Assembly: GCA_965218695.1 (NCBI GenBank)
Contig: OZ244651.1
Coordinates: 1,984,001 to 2,048,000, forward strand
Origin: Nitrosopumilus sp.
GTDB lineage: Archaea; Thermoproteota; Nitrososphaeria; Nitrososphaerales; Nitrosopumilaceae
Length of the DNA stretch: 64,000 nucleotides
Direction of reading: 5' to 3'
Within the stretch, counting starts at the first letter, position 1. Every line of letters begins with the position of its first letter. The notes under the pieces are model-generated. The model saw only the letters and a list, made by a program, of their open reading frames with translations. It made no database searches and had not been told where the DNA came from. The translations under genes and the position numbers were made by a program. Positions 10,558 through 19,837 of this stretch are shown one piece after another.

Positions 10558-12123
10558 TCACGGTTTGGCGTTCTGGCCAGATGGCAGAATACGCAGGTGG
10601 GGGTTTTTCTTCAGGCCGTATATGAGAGTCACGGGTGCTGCAACATACATGCCCACGTTTAACAGAATTACGCCAATTCCATACCCTATCATCTCTGCCT
10701 CCGAGTCAATGCCGGCGTGGTTGAGAAGTGGCAGTGTCGCGAGGAGTGGGGTAATTGCCAGCCTGACGGCCTCTTTGAATACGGGATTCTGACGCTCCAT
10801 GTCAGCTATTGCAGGCGAGAATGAATAGTACAGTTGGTTGAACCCCGTCATGAATGCAGAGCCGGATGCCGTTGCGAGCACCGTGTTGTCACGCAGCTCA
10901 CGCAGTTGCTGAATCTGGGGCGCAAACTCAGAACCAATTGTTGCAGTTGCAATTAGGCACCCGCCGCCATCAAATCCCGGTCGATCCTCTGCCGGTATGG
11001 GTGACTCAGAGAGGATCTCAAAGGAGTCTAGGGTGTTCTGAAACGCCGAGAGTTGTGAACCAAAGTCCTCTATTCCGTTGGCATAGGTGATGGTATAGAT
11101 GTTGTCAGCGCCATAAACCACAACCTCTTGGAATCTTGTGTCAAATTCTGCGCCGTCAGCAGTGGATGCGCCGTCAGCGACGGTCACGTACGCAAAATGG
11201 TCGTTAAGGGTAAGGACCTCCCGTGAGACGATGTCTATTGTTCCCGCAGCCGCGATCTCATCAATCCGTAAAGAGGTCTCAGTAAAGATGTCATCGGTGG
11301 TCCTCTGGTTGGTGCTCTCTATTATTATGGAGATGAAGGGGGTCAGGGTGCCGGTCTTGGGCCCCACCGCGACCACGTTGGGGACGCCCCCGCCTGCGTT
11401 TGGAGGCTCCTGCAAGAGCCAACCGCCGGGCGCGTTGAAGGCAAACTGGTATTCTTGGCTTTCAAATCTCTGACTACCCGATGTTGGAGTCGTAGAGGAA
11501 GTGGGGGGGGAGTCTGTGCGTTCGGGTTCTGGCAGTTCAAGAAGATCCCAGACGTCGAAACGATCCACTATGTCTATTTTTGTTATTCTCACCTTCCCCG
11601 GATCTAGGGGGGCGTCTCTGTTTCCGGTGGGGGCGGCGGCAATAAGATCCAGAGTCTGGAAGCTTTCCTCGGTTACAATCCGTCCAAACACGGTATATTG
11701 TTCATCAAGAAAGGTAGAGTCCTGATGGACTATGAAGAATTGTGAGCCGGCACTGTTTGGATCAGTTGCTCTTGCCATGGACACGATTCCGCGGTTGTGT
11801 TTTATGGTGTTAAACTCGGCATCTACGTTGTCTGCTGGGCCTCCCTGACCCCAGGTTGAAGGATCGCCGCTTATTGTGTTGGGATCCCCTCCCTGAATCA
11901 TAAAGCCGGGAATTATTCTATGAAAGATGGTTCCGTCATAGAATTCGGTTTCTGCTAGTCTTACAAAATTCTCAACGTGGTCTGGTGCATCGTCCGGAAA
12001 GAACTCCAAGGTTATATCCCCAAGATCGGTCTCAATTACAGCCAAGGTTTCGGATTGTGCATGTGCCTGAACACTAGACAGTATGAGAAGGAGTGGCACG
12101 AAAAATAACAATAATTTATTCAA
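10558..12123 (-). CDS. Secreted cyclophilin-type PPIase with PsbP-like domain and CFI-box-CTERM anchor
   Basis: Signal peptide; FHRIIPGFMIQGGD, SMAR, SAGSQFFI; GGGCLIATA...LRELRD...YYSFSP; C-terminal TM. Confidence 0.9.
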   Translation of the reverse strand: MNKLLLFFVPLLLILSSVQAHAQSETLAVIETDLGDITLEFFPDDAPDHVENFVRLAETEFYDGTIFHRIIPGFMIQGGDPNTISGDPSTWGQGGPADNVDAEFNTIKHNRGIVSMARATDPNSAGSQFFIVHQDSTFLDEQYTVFGRIVTEESFQTLDLIAAAPTGNRDAPLDPGKVRITKIDIVDRFDVWDLLELPEPERTDSPPTSSTTPTSGSQRFESQEYQFAFNAPGGWLLQEPPNAGGGVPNVVAVGPKTGTLTPFISIIIESTNQRTTDDIFTETSLRIDEIAAAGTIDIVSREVLTLNDHFAYVTVADGASTADGAEFDTRFQEVVVYGADNIYTITYANGIEDFGSQLSAFQNTLDSFEILSESPIPAEDRPGFDGGGCLIATATIGSEFAPQIQQLRELRDNTVLATASGSAFMTGFNQLYYSFSPAIADMERQNPVFKEAVRLAITPLLATLPLLNHAGIDSEAEMIGYGIGVILLNVGMYVAAPVTLIYGLKKNPHLRILPSGQNAKP

Positions 12124-12228
12124 TGGTGTTATCGCATAATTCCTACTTAAAAGTTGTAACAGCCGGCGCATGCGTTCCTGCAACCACGCAAGCTAATAGT
12201 ATTTAACAAAGACGTCTGGGTTAGCAGT

Positions 12229-12720
12229 ATGCAGCCAGACGAGAGGATTCAGGCACATTTGGTCTCGGTTTGGAGGGAATCCAAAAAGTTTCTTTCGATT
12301 GGGGGCAGGGAAGGGATGTTGGTACTTACGGACAGGCATCTAATGTTTATCCATAAAACGGAGGCAAAGATAAACTGGTGGAGGGCCATAACCCAGAGAC
12401 AGGTGATTAACTTTATCAGATCAAGGAATACGATGATCCGGCACGATGGTTATGATGAGGAGGAGTTGATGGACGATCTTGAAAATGAGAAGAACGTGGA
12501 GGTTGCCTTTGACGACATATCTGCCATAGAGTACGAGGAGAAGGTTTGGGGCAGCGTGCTACAGTTGGAATATGAAAAGGGCGGAAAACGTGAGAGCCAC
12601 CAATACACCATAGCCCAAGACTGGGTAAAGTACCCGGCCAAGGAGCCTACAAAGTACATGAAGGTGGACTGGGGGCCCTTTGTACAATATATTAAGGAAC
12701 GGCAGAGGTTTACAAGATAA
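12229..12720 (+). CDS. Hypothetical protein, PH-like domain
   Basis: GMLVLTDRHLMF motif typical of prokaryotic PH domains. Confidence 0.7.
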   Translation: MQPDERIQAHLVSVWRESKKFLSIGGREGMLVLTDRHLMFIHKTEAKINWWRAITQRQVINFIRSRNTMIRHDGYDEEELMDDLENEKNVEVAFDDISAIEYEEKVWGSVLQLEYEKGGKRESHQYTIAQDWVKYPAKEPTKYMKVDWGPFVQYIKERQRFTR

Positions 12721-12722
12721 GA

Positions 12723-13445
12723 TTGGGAAGGGTGTTTGCCGTCGGCGTCGGTCCTGGCTCTCCAATGTATGTGACCGGGGTCGTAAGGGATATCGTGTTG
12801 AGGTGTGATGTGGTGGTTGGCTACAGATACACGCTAAAGACCATAGAGGATCTACTTCGTGGAAAGGAGGTTCATGAGATTACCATGGGAAACCAGGAGG
12901 AGGTGTATCACGGCGTTCTGCAGGAGCTTGGTGATAGGGTGTTGGTGATTCCATTTACAGGAGATGTGAATTTTTCAGAGTCAGAGGTGGTCGACAGGTT
13001 GGTGGAGATCTTCGGTGCGGTGGAGATCGTCCCTGGCATTAGTTCAATCCAAGTTGCAGCTTCCAGGGCGCAGGTTCCCCTTGACAAGTCCAAGGTAATC
13101 ACGATGCATGTAACTGCCCCGATCGAAGACAAGAAGGCAGAGATGAAGGAGGCGTTAGGCGGGGGCCTTAATGTCATCGTGGTTCCAAGGCCGTGGCCCA
13201 GACAGCCTGACAAGCATTTCATGCCCTCGGAGATAGCCGGATATCTCAGGGAGTCCGGCTTTGACACCGGGAGAATGACGGTGCATGTCTATGAGGCATT
13301 GACTACCCCCGATGAGACCAGTTTTAGTGGGATGGTGAGGGAATTGGAGGGGAGGGAATTTTCAGACATGTCTGTAATGGTGTTCAGCCAGACAAAACCC
13401 GACTCGTATATCAATTATAGGTGGCAGTGGGAGGAGAGTCGGTAA
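12723..13445 (+). CDS. cbiE: Cobalt-precorrin-7 C5-methyltransferase
   Basis: VGVGPGS, TGDVNFS, IVPGISSIQVAA tetrapyrrole methylase motifs. Confidence 0.85.
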   Translation: MGRVFAVGVGPGSPMYVTGVVRDIVLRCDVVVGYRYTLKTIEDLLRGKEVHEITMGNQEEVYHGVLQELGDRVLVIPFTGDVNFSESEVVDRLVEIFGAVEIVPGISSIQVAASRAQVPLDKSKVITMHVTAPIEDKKAEMKEALGGGLNVIVVPRPWPRQPDKHFMPSEIAGYLRESGFDTGRMTVHVYEALTTPDETSFSGMVRELEGREFSDMSVMVFSQTKPDSYINYRWQWEESR

Positions 13446-13489
13446 TCCAGGCATGCCCAAAGCAGGGTGTTGTGTGCAGGCAGTCATGA

Positions 13490-14026
13490 TCAGTACAGTG
13501 GGGCACGAAGGCCGTCCTCTGCAACCAAGGTTATCAGGGCGTATTCGATGTATGCTCCTGCCAGAAGCAGCCCCAAGGCAGCCCCAATCTCTATCAGTGT
13601 CAGTTTAAGGTGTTTGGAAAGGCCGGTTCTCTTAACGATCGCCAGTATTAGAATAAAGCTTCTGGATACTCCAAGGGTGTATGCAACCACCTCCATCAGC
13701 CCAAACGGGGTAAGAAACAGTATGGACAGCGGGGAGACTCCTGCAAGTTGGGGGGTTGTGGAGGCGATTGCTGCAAAAGCAAATCCGGTGGACCATGCAG
13801 AGAACATTCCCCAGCCCAGCCCAAACCCGGGAATAAACATGGGCAGGGCTATGGTTGCATTGTGCTGGAAGATGCCAAACGCATCAATGCCCTCAATAAG
13901 ATCCCTGAATTCGTTCATGAATGTGTCTGCCTCCTCTGGACTTACCACGGTCATTGAGCCAATCTGATATATGGCAACAAAGGCTCCAAGAGATGCAAAA
14001 AATACAATTATCCGGGTACCGTCCAT
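13490..14026 (-). CDS. SpoIIM/DUF95-like membrane protein
   Basis: IFQHN, PFGLMEV, LLLAGAYIE motifs; multiple TM helices. Confidence 0.75.
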   Translation of the reverse strand: MDGTRIIVFFASLGAFVAIYQIGSMTVVSPEEADTFMNEFRDLIEGIDAFGIFQHNATIALPMFIPGFGLGWGMFSAWSTGFAFAAIASTTPQLAGVSPLSILFLTPFGLMEVVAYTLGVSRSFILILAIVKRTGLSKHLKLTLIEIGAALGLLLAGAYIEYALITLVAEDGLRAPLY

Positions 14027-14186
14027 GTTGGGTTGGTTTTGCGATGGTATTTGAGGGTTGAGAGGTGTTAGTGTTGGGCCACGCATGTGGGGGTTTTCCT
14101 GCTTGGGTTAGTGCTTTTTCATTCTTTTGGCAAACATCAGTGTTGCGGGTGCGCGGCTCTGCATGCAGATTTAATTAAACCAGAGT

Positions 14187-15647
14187 ATGTTTGTTGGTGT
14201 GAATAGGGAGATCGCCTTTGTACTCAACTATGCGTTAAGCAAGGGTGTTCAGATTCACCCAGACGCCTTTAAGATTCTGACAGGGATAGATGGCGGGAGG
14301 CTTGAGAGGATCATCAAGGGAATAGTCAAGGAGAAGGCCAGGCAGGGGCAGTTTCAGATCAACAGGAGTGATTTGGAGGACTATCTTGGAATTAGTGAGG
14401 ATCCGTCGTTGCGGGGGGAGGTCAGGGTACAGTCTGACCCTACAGGCAGTGTTGCCACTGGGGAGGGGGTTAGTGGGTATAATGCCCTGTTTGCCAGTAG
14501 GTTCAACAAGTTAAAACAGATAATCTCCATGAGGCCAGAGGCCAGAATGCTCAAGACGGTTGCAGCAGCCAAGTCCCTTAAATCCGCAAAGCCCGGCGAC
14601 GATATCTATGTCTGTGGTTTGGTGTCTGAAAAGAACGTCAACAGGAATAGGATGGTTTTGGTTTTGGAGGATCCGACCGGAAATATTAGTGTGACGGTGT
14701 ATGACAACGAACTGCAAAAGACTGCAGACACCCTCTTGTCGGATCAGTTTATCATGGTCAGGATCGGTCTGGGGAAAACCGGTTTTGCTATGAGGGATTT
14801 GATCTTTCCAGACATTCCAGACCACGCCCCAAACAAGGCCGAGAGTGATGTTTACGCGGTGTTTCTCTCGGATCTCCATGTAGGAAGTAAGTATTTCATG
14901 GAAGAGGAGTTTGTGCGGTTCGTCTCTTGGCTTTCAAGCCCGGATCCGGTGGCAAGAAAGGTTCGTTTTGTTTTGATTGCCGGGGACATAGTAGACGGTG
15001 TGGGAATATATCCAAACCAAGACAGGGAGTTGGTCTGCCAGACCATTGAAGAACAGCTTGCAATGGTCGAGGGTGTAATAGACAGGATTCCCAAAAACAT
15101 TAAGGTTGTAATCATGCCCGGGAACCACGATCCCGGCAGGAGGGCGCTGCCCCAGCCGGCAATTCCGCAGAAATACAACTCTGGTCTGTGGGAGAGGGAT
15201 AATGTCATAATGGTGGGCAACCCGGCGGTGGTCTCATTAAACGGGGTAAGGGTTCTGATGTTTCACGGGCAAAGTATTGATGATATTGTAAAGACCACGC
15301 CTGGTCTCAGTTACGACAAACCTGCAAAGGTAATGAAGCACCTACTCAAGGCGAGGCATTTAAGTCCAATTTATGGTAGCCAGACGCCGATAGCGCCGGA
15401 GGTGGAGGATTTCATGGTAATAGAGGATGTGCCGGACATATTCCACGCAGGACACGTTCATAGGGCAGAGTTGGATATGTACAGGGGGGTCCTGGTTATC
15501 AATTCCGGTTGTTGGCAGAGACAGACCCCTTTCCAGACCAGTGTTGGAATAACCCCCAACCCATGTATAGCATTCATAGTCAACCTGAAGACGTTTCGGG
15601 TACTCATGAGTGATTATATGAATTCAGATGATGTCGTGGAGGGTTAG
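14187..15647 (+). CDS. polD1: DNA polymerase D small subunit DP1
   Basis: OB fold plus phosphoesterase motifs SDLHVGS, GDIVDG, PGNHD, FHG, GHVH. Confidence 0.95.
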   Translation: MFVGVNREIAFVLNYALSKGVQIHPDAFKILTGIDGGRLERIIKGIVKEKARQGQFQINRSDLEDYLGISEDPSLRGEVRVQSDPTGSVATGEGVSGYNALFASRFNKLKQIISMRPEARMLKTVAAAKSLKSAKPGDDIYVCGLVSEKNVNRNRMVLVLEDPTGNISVTVYDNELQKTADTLLSDQFIMVRIGLGKTGFAMRDLIFPDIPDHAPNKAESDVYAVFLSDLHVGSKYFMEEEFVRFVSWLSSPDPVARKVRFVLIAGDIVDGVGIYPNQDRELVCQTIEEQLAMVEGVIDRIPKNIKVVIMPGNHDPGRRALPQPAIPQKYNSGLWERDNVIMVGNPAVVSLNGVRVLMFHGQSIDDIVKTTPGLSYDKPAKVMKHLLKARHLSPIYGSQTPIAPEVEDFMVIEDVPDIFHAGHVHRAELDMYRGVLVINSGCWQRQTPFQTSVGITPNPCIAFIVNLKTFRVLMSDYMNSDDVVEG

Positions 15648-16826
15648 GTCGTCTTGGAACGCCTTTTTTACCATCTCAGACGAGACCGTAATTTTGTATT
15701 TTTTTGTCCTTCCATGAATTCCTTGGTGGATCAGCCTGCCTGAGATAATCCCAGACAGTTCAATCTCGCTTAACATTTGGGTAATTCGTCTCTGGGTGAG
15801 GTTGTCCCTCCCGACGACCTTGCAGAGGCTCTTGTAGGAGGCGTATATCTCTCCGGTACTTGATCCGTTTGCCTTTATTATTGCCAGAATTAGTAGTTTT
15901 TCGTGTAGTGGGTAGGATCTGAGTGATGCCTCCTCCTTGTTTTCCTCTATTTTTTGGGAGGCCTCCCGGACATTGTCTGCCGTTACGTGGCCGGACTGTC
16001 GCCGTTCTGCAATCTCGCCGGCCACACGAATCAGATCTATCGCCCTTCTAGCATCCCCGTGTTCGCTTCCCGCAAGAGCGGCGCACAGGTTTAGTGCAGA
16101 TTCCTCAACAGATCCGGTCACAAATGCCTTGTTGATTCTCTCCTGAAGGATTTTTTTGATTTGTTCTGTGTTGTAGTTGGGAAAGACGATCTCCTCCTCC
16201 CCCAAGCTGCTGATTACTCTGGGATCCAGTTTCTCTTTAAATGTTAGATCGTTTGAGATGCCTACTATTGTAAGGAACCCCATGCCCAGTCTCTCGTTTG
16301 CCCTGGTAAGTTGGTATAAGATGTCTTTTTTGGTTTTTGTGACTAGTTGTGCTAGGTAGTCAATCTCATCTATTACAAATATTGTGTTAAGTTTATCGTG
16401 GTTAATTTTGTTTAGTAGTCTTTTAAATACCTCGCTAATTGCAAGGCCGGTGATTGGTAGTTCCCGTTCCTCAATACCAAGCTGCCTGCCCATATTTACC
16501 AACAACCCGTAAAGTGTGGTCTCTTCCTTAGCATTGGAGTAGATTAGTTTGATTGGAAAGTTTGATTTTTCTACCCTGTCCTGAATCTTTGATATCACTT
16601 TCTTAACCACCAGTGTTTTGCCGGTGCCTGGTTTGCCATACACCAAGAGGTTTGACGGCCTTGATTGTTTCAGGATTGGGAGTAGTGATTGGGTAACTGT
16701 CTCCTGTTCTGCATCCCTATGAAGAATGGTGTCTGGTATGTATGTGAGGTGGAGTATGTCTCTGTTCTGAATGATCACGTCTCCAGACTCGGCTGCGTCA
16801 AGCAACCTATCTATCGGATCAGACAA
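15624..16826 (-). CDS. cdc6: Orc1/Cdc6 replication initiator
   Basis: YIPDTILHR, GKPGTGKT, DEID, GDARRAIDL, C-terminal wHTH with GRT. Confidence 0.96.
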   Translation of the reverse strand: MSDPIDRLLDAAESGDVIIQNRDILHLTYIPDTILHRDAEQETVTQSLLPILKQSRPSNLLVYGKPGTGKTLVVKKVISKIQDRVEKSNFPIKLIYSNAKEETTLYGLLVNMGRQLGIEERELPITGLAISEVFKRLLNKINHDKLNTIFVIDEIDYLAQLVTKTKKDILYQLTRANERLGMGFLTIVGISNDLTFKEKLDPRVISSLGEEEIVFPNYNTEQIKKILQERINKAFVTGSVEESALNLCAALAGSEHGDARRAIDLIRVAGEIAERRQSGHVTADNVREASQKIEENKEEASLRSYPLHEKLLILAIIKANGSSTGEIYASYKSLCKVVGRDNLTQRRITQMLSEIELSGIISGRLIHQGIHGRTKKYKITVSSEMVKKAFQDDLTLHDII

Positions 16827-16859
16827 CCCACACACCTATGTTTCCTGTCAACACCATCT

Positions 16860-17280
16860 AACCTATCTCCTTTCTGGTTTAGGGTGGAATGGTTATTCTA
16901 GTTAAGTTTGTAATTAATTATTTTTGCTTTAAAAAAAATTAAGAAAAGAGCAGAGTGGAAATACAGGTGTGTGGGTTGCCGTGGGCCTGCAGTTAACATT
17001 GTGTTGGATGTTTGTTAAGAAACACACCAAAAAGGGTGTTTCTGACCCCTTCATTTCCACTCCAGGCGTTAAGATGGGTCTTAACAGGGTTAACATGTGG
17101 TTTCTGACCCCTTCATTTCCACTCCAGTCACAAACAGGGCAGTTTTCCATCAACCACACTCACCAACGCGTTAACAACACCAACCACCCAGAACCCCCTA
17201 GGCAGTCAATGTTAACAAACCAATTCATTAACAAATTTTAAAGGATCCATTAATCTGTTAACGGCAGATCCATATGATCC
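16860..17280. other. Replication origin (oriC)
   Basis: Intergenic region upstream of cdc6 with an AT-rich tract (~16900-16945) and ORB elements. Confidence 0.85.
17038..17127 (-). repeat. Two identical 28-bp ORB repeats (17038-17065, 17100-17127)
   Basis: Reverse complement CTGGAGTGGAAATGAAGGGGTCAGAAAC matches the ORB core plus G-string; inverted mini-ORB GAGTGGAAAT at 16953-16962. Confidence 0.88.
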
Positions 17281-17281
17281 C

Positions 17282-17662
17282 ATGACAAGGAAACGGATCC
17301 GGATAGACATGGAGGACTCTGACGGGGCCAAATATGACATAAAACTGGAAGGAAACGTCACCCGAGAGAAAATTCTGAAGATCTTTGAGATGATGGATCT
17401 GATGAACATCGAGGAGGAACCAAAAACACCCAACATAGACTCAACGGGATCAAAGATCTGGCACACTGTGGATAAATTCTTCCCTACAGGAAATTTTACC
17501 TCCACAAACATACTTGAAAAGTATGAAGACGAGTTCAACGAACCAATCAAACTAAGCATAATATCCACATACCTATCACGGTTCTCATCAAAAGGGAAGA
17601 TCGGCAGAACCAGAACCGGCCGGGAATGGATCTACCAAACCACAAAGATCACCCAAAAATAG
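17282..17662 (+). CDS. Origin-adjacent winged-helix protein of unknown function
   Basis: C-terminal FTSTNILEKY...LSIISTYLSRF...GKIGR...WIY wHTH pattern. Confidence 0.75.
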   Translation: MTRKRIRIDMEDSDGAKYDIKLEGNVTREKILKIFEMMDLMNIEEEPKTPNIDSTGSKIWHTVDKFFPTGNFTSTNILEKYEDEFNEPIKLSIISTYLSRFSSKGKIGRTRTGREWIYQTTKITQK

Positions 17663-17943
17663 GCAACCCCTACCCCACACAAACTTACTGCGGCACTGCA
17701 TTCTGATGGTTGCGTGTGGGTGTTGTGAGATTAAGAGGATCCAAGGCCACAAACCCACACACACCCAAGACCAACACGTTAATGACGATTTATGGTCTTG
17801 GCCGTGTGACGTTTCAACCACACACAACACACGCCCCAAACACACCATTCATGGTCCAAACCAACCCGTTGTGGAACCGGCACACACCCTATTACACGAA
17901 CGCCCTGTTCGTGTTGGAGACATTCTACAGGAACCACCCCACA

Positions 17944-18540
17944 CTATATTTTGATCCTTGTCATACCCTTCTCCGTTATGGAGTACGTGTATGGTTTTGA
18001 TTCCATATTTCTCACCACACATCCCTCATCATACAACCTCTTCATTAACCGTGACGTGTGTTCCCTGCTCTTTTTTAACATGGTTTGTATATCACGTGAC
18101 GTCATTGGGTTATTTGTGATTAAATGCAACACATAATCTGTAGAGTTAAGGTGTTTGTTGGTGGTTTCTGGTAATGTAGCAACCTCTGGGCTGGTTGTGG
18201 TTTCTGGTTGCTGTGGTGGTTGTGTTTTGTTTGGCGTGGTTCTTGTTCCTTCCCCCCCCCAACTGGTGTGTGGCCGCACCGAAACCTGTTCCTGGACACC
18301 ACTTTTTACACCCTGCACACCCAAACCATCCAAACGTATTTTCATGTCTATTATCTGCCTCTCATAATACCTGAGCAGCTCCGAACGTGCGTCATCATCG
18401 GTCTTGTTTTTAGATTTGAAGTGTGCATTGATGATATAATACACATACACGCCCCCCACACCCACCAAAAACGCAACAATCACACTAAGAATCACCCCCA
18501 AATTCGGAATCTCTACCAACATCACAATATCTGCAACCAC
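17944..18540 (-). CDS. Membrane-anchored winged-helix (MarR-like) protein
   Basis: N-terminal TM helix, coiled coil, T/P/Q-rich linker, then TSRDIQ...SREHTSRLMKRLYDEG...YSITEKG. Confidence 0.8.
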   Translation of the reverse strand: MVADIVMLVEIPNLGVILSVIVAFLVGVGGVYVYYIINAHFKSKNKTDDDARSELLRYYERQIIDMKIRLDGLGVQGVKSGVQEQVSVRPHTSWGGEGTRTTPNKTQPPQQPETTTSPEVATLPETTNKHLNSTDYVLHLITNNPMTSRDIQTMLKKSREHTSRLMKRLYDEGCVVRNMESKPYTYSITEKGMTRIKI

Positions 18541-18645
18541 ACTGTGATTTATTGTAACCGAATTAGATGATTTTACATTTTACGTTGACAAATTACACAC
18601 ATGGTCACACCTAACCCCAACAAAACAACCCCAACAACCAGACCA

Positions 18646-19008
18646 TCACAACCTAACCATTTGCCGGATCAGCTTTTCTATCACATCAACCACCTCCTTC
18701 TCCTTTTCTGGTAACACATCACCATCTTTTATCACACTAACCTGATCTGAAATTTGTAAAATCACATCAATGTTATCAGGCACAAGTATGCCCAATCCGC
18801 GCAAAAGCACCACCGTGTAAAATAACGCAACCATCTTGTCTCTTGACTGACCCACCTGTCTATAGTATGCGCCTTTGGTGATTGCAAACTGCGCACGCTG
18901 CAGATCCATCTGATTTGAAATAATTTCAATTTGTCGTTCTGTAAACAAAGATTTTTTAATAATATGACGAATAACGTTGTTAAAACTGGATTGATTAGAA
19001 TCGGCCAT
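18646..19008 (-). CDS. Hypothetical protein with HTH-like motif
   Basis: SLFTERQIEII...ITKGAYYRQV. Confidence 0.7.
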   Translation of the reverse strand: MADSNQSSFNNVIRHIIKKSLFTERQIEIISNQMDLQRAQFAITKGAYYRQVGQSRDKMVALFYTVVLLRGLGILVPDNIDVILQISDQVSVIKDGDVLPEKEKEVVDVIEKLIRQMVRL

Positions 19009-19072
19009 AGCTATACAAATCTGTATGCAACACCACAATTAAACTTTAAAGCGTCATCTACAAACCAACCAC

Positions 19073-19837
19073 ATGGCGGGCAGAGTGGAGTCATTCCTAA
19101 GATCCGAACTAAGGGAGAAGGACACACTGCTCTTTGTACTGATAGACTCTGAGACATCAGATCTGGAGGCGTCTGCCAGATTGGCAGTTGATGTGGAGAA
19201 GATCGGAGCATCTGCAATCCTAGTTGGTGGTTCCTCCATTGCAGACCAGATGGGGATGGATGGTGTTGTTGCAGGAATAAAGAAGCGGGTTAAGATTCCC
19301 ATTATACTGTTCCCCGGTAACATAACTGGGGTCGTGCCTAGTGCAGACGCGATCCTGTTCAGCTCACTTATGAATTCTGAAAACCCATACTTTATTACAC
19401 AGGCCCAGGCGTTGGGAGCCCCAACCGTTGCCAGGTTTGGTTTGGAACCGCTACCCACAGCATATCTGGTGATAGGAGATGGAACATCTGCGTGGTTTGT
19501 CGGCTCTGCTCGAGGCATACCGTTTAACAAACCCAAAATAGCCGCCGCGTATGCTCTGGCAGCCAAGTTTCTGGGCATGAGGTTTGTGTACCTTGAGGCA
19601 GGCTCGGGAGCCAAAACCAACGTGACGCCCGAGATGGTCAGGACGGTTAGGATGACGTTCGATGGTTTTTTGATTGTTGGGGGAGGTATCAGAGACGCTG
19701 AAACCGCCAAAAGCTTGGCAAAGGCAGGCGCAGACGCCTTGGTTATTGGAACATTTCTTGAACAGGGCGGCCGTCTGGACAAGCTTCGGGGGATGGTAGA
19801 TGCCATCCAAAGCAGGGCACAACCACACCATGTCTGA
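19073..19837 (+). CDS. Geranylgeranylglyceryl phosphate synthase
   Basis: LVGGS, ILFPG, YLEAGSGA, IVGGGIR. Confidence 0.93.
   Translation: MAGRVESFLRSELREKDTLLFVLIDSETSDLEASARLAVDVEKIGASAILVGGSSIADQMGMDGVVAGIKKRVKIPIILFPGNITGVVPSADAILFSSLMNSENPYFITQAQALGAPTVARFGLEPLPTAYLVIGDGTSAWFVGSARGIPFNKPKIAAAYALAAKFLGMRFVYLEAGSGAKTNVTPEMVRTVRMTFDGFLIVGGGIRDAETAKSLAKAGADALVIGTFLEQGGRLDKLRGMVDAIQSRAQPHHV

Noticed and set aside
17038-17127. 28-bp direct repeats with a 34-bp spacer resembling a minimal CRISPR array
   Set aside because: Only two copies, they match the ORB consensus next to cdc6, and no cas genes are present
17663-17943. Short ORFs in an AC-rich tract
   Set aside because: His/Thr/Pro-biased translations reflect the local strand skew rather than coding
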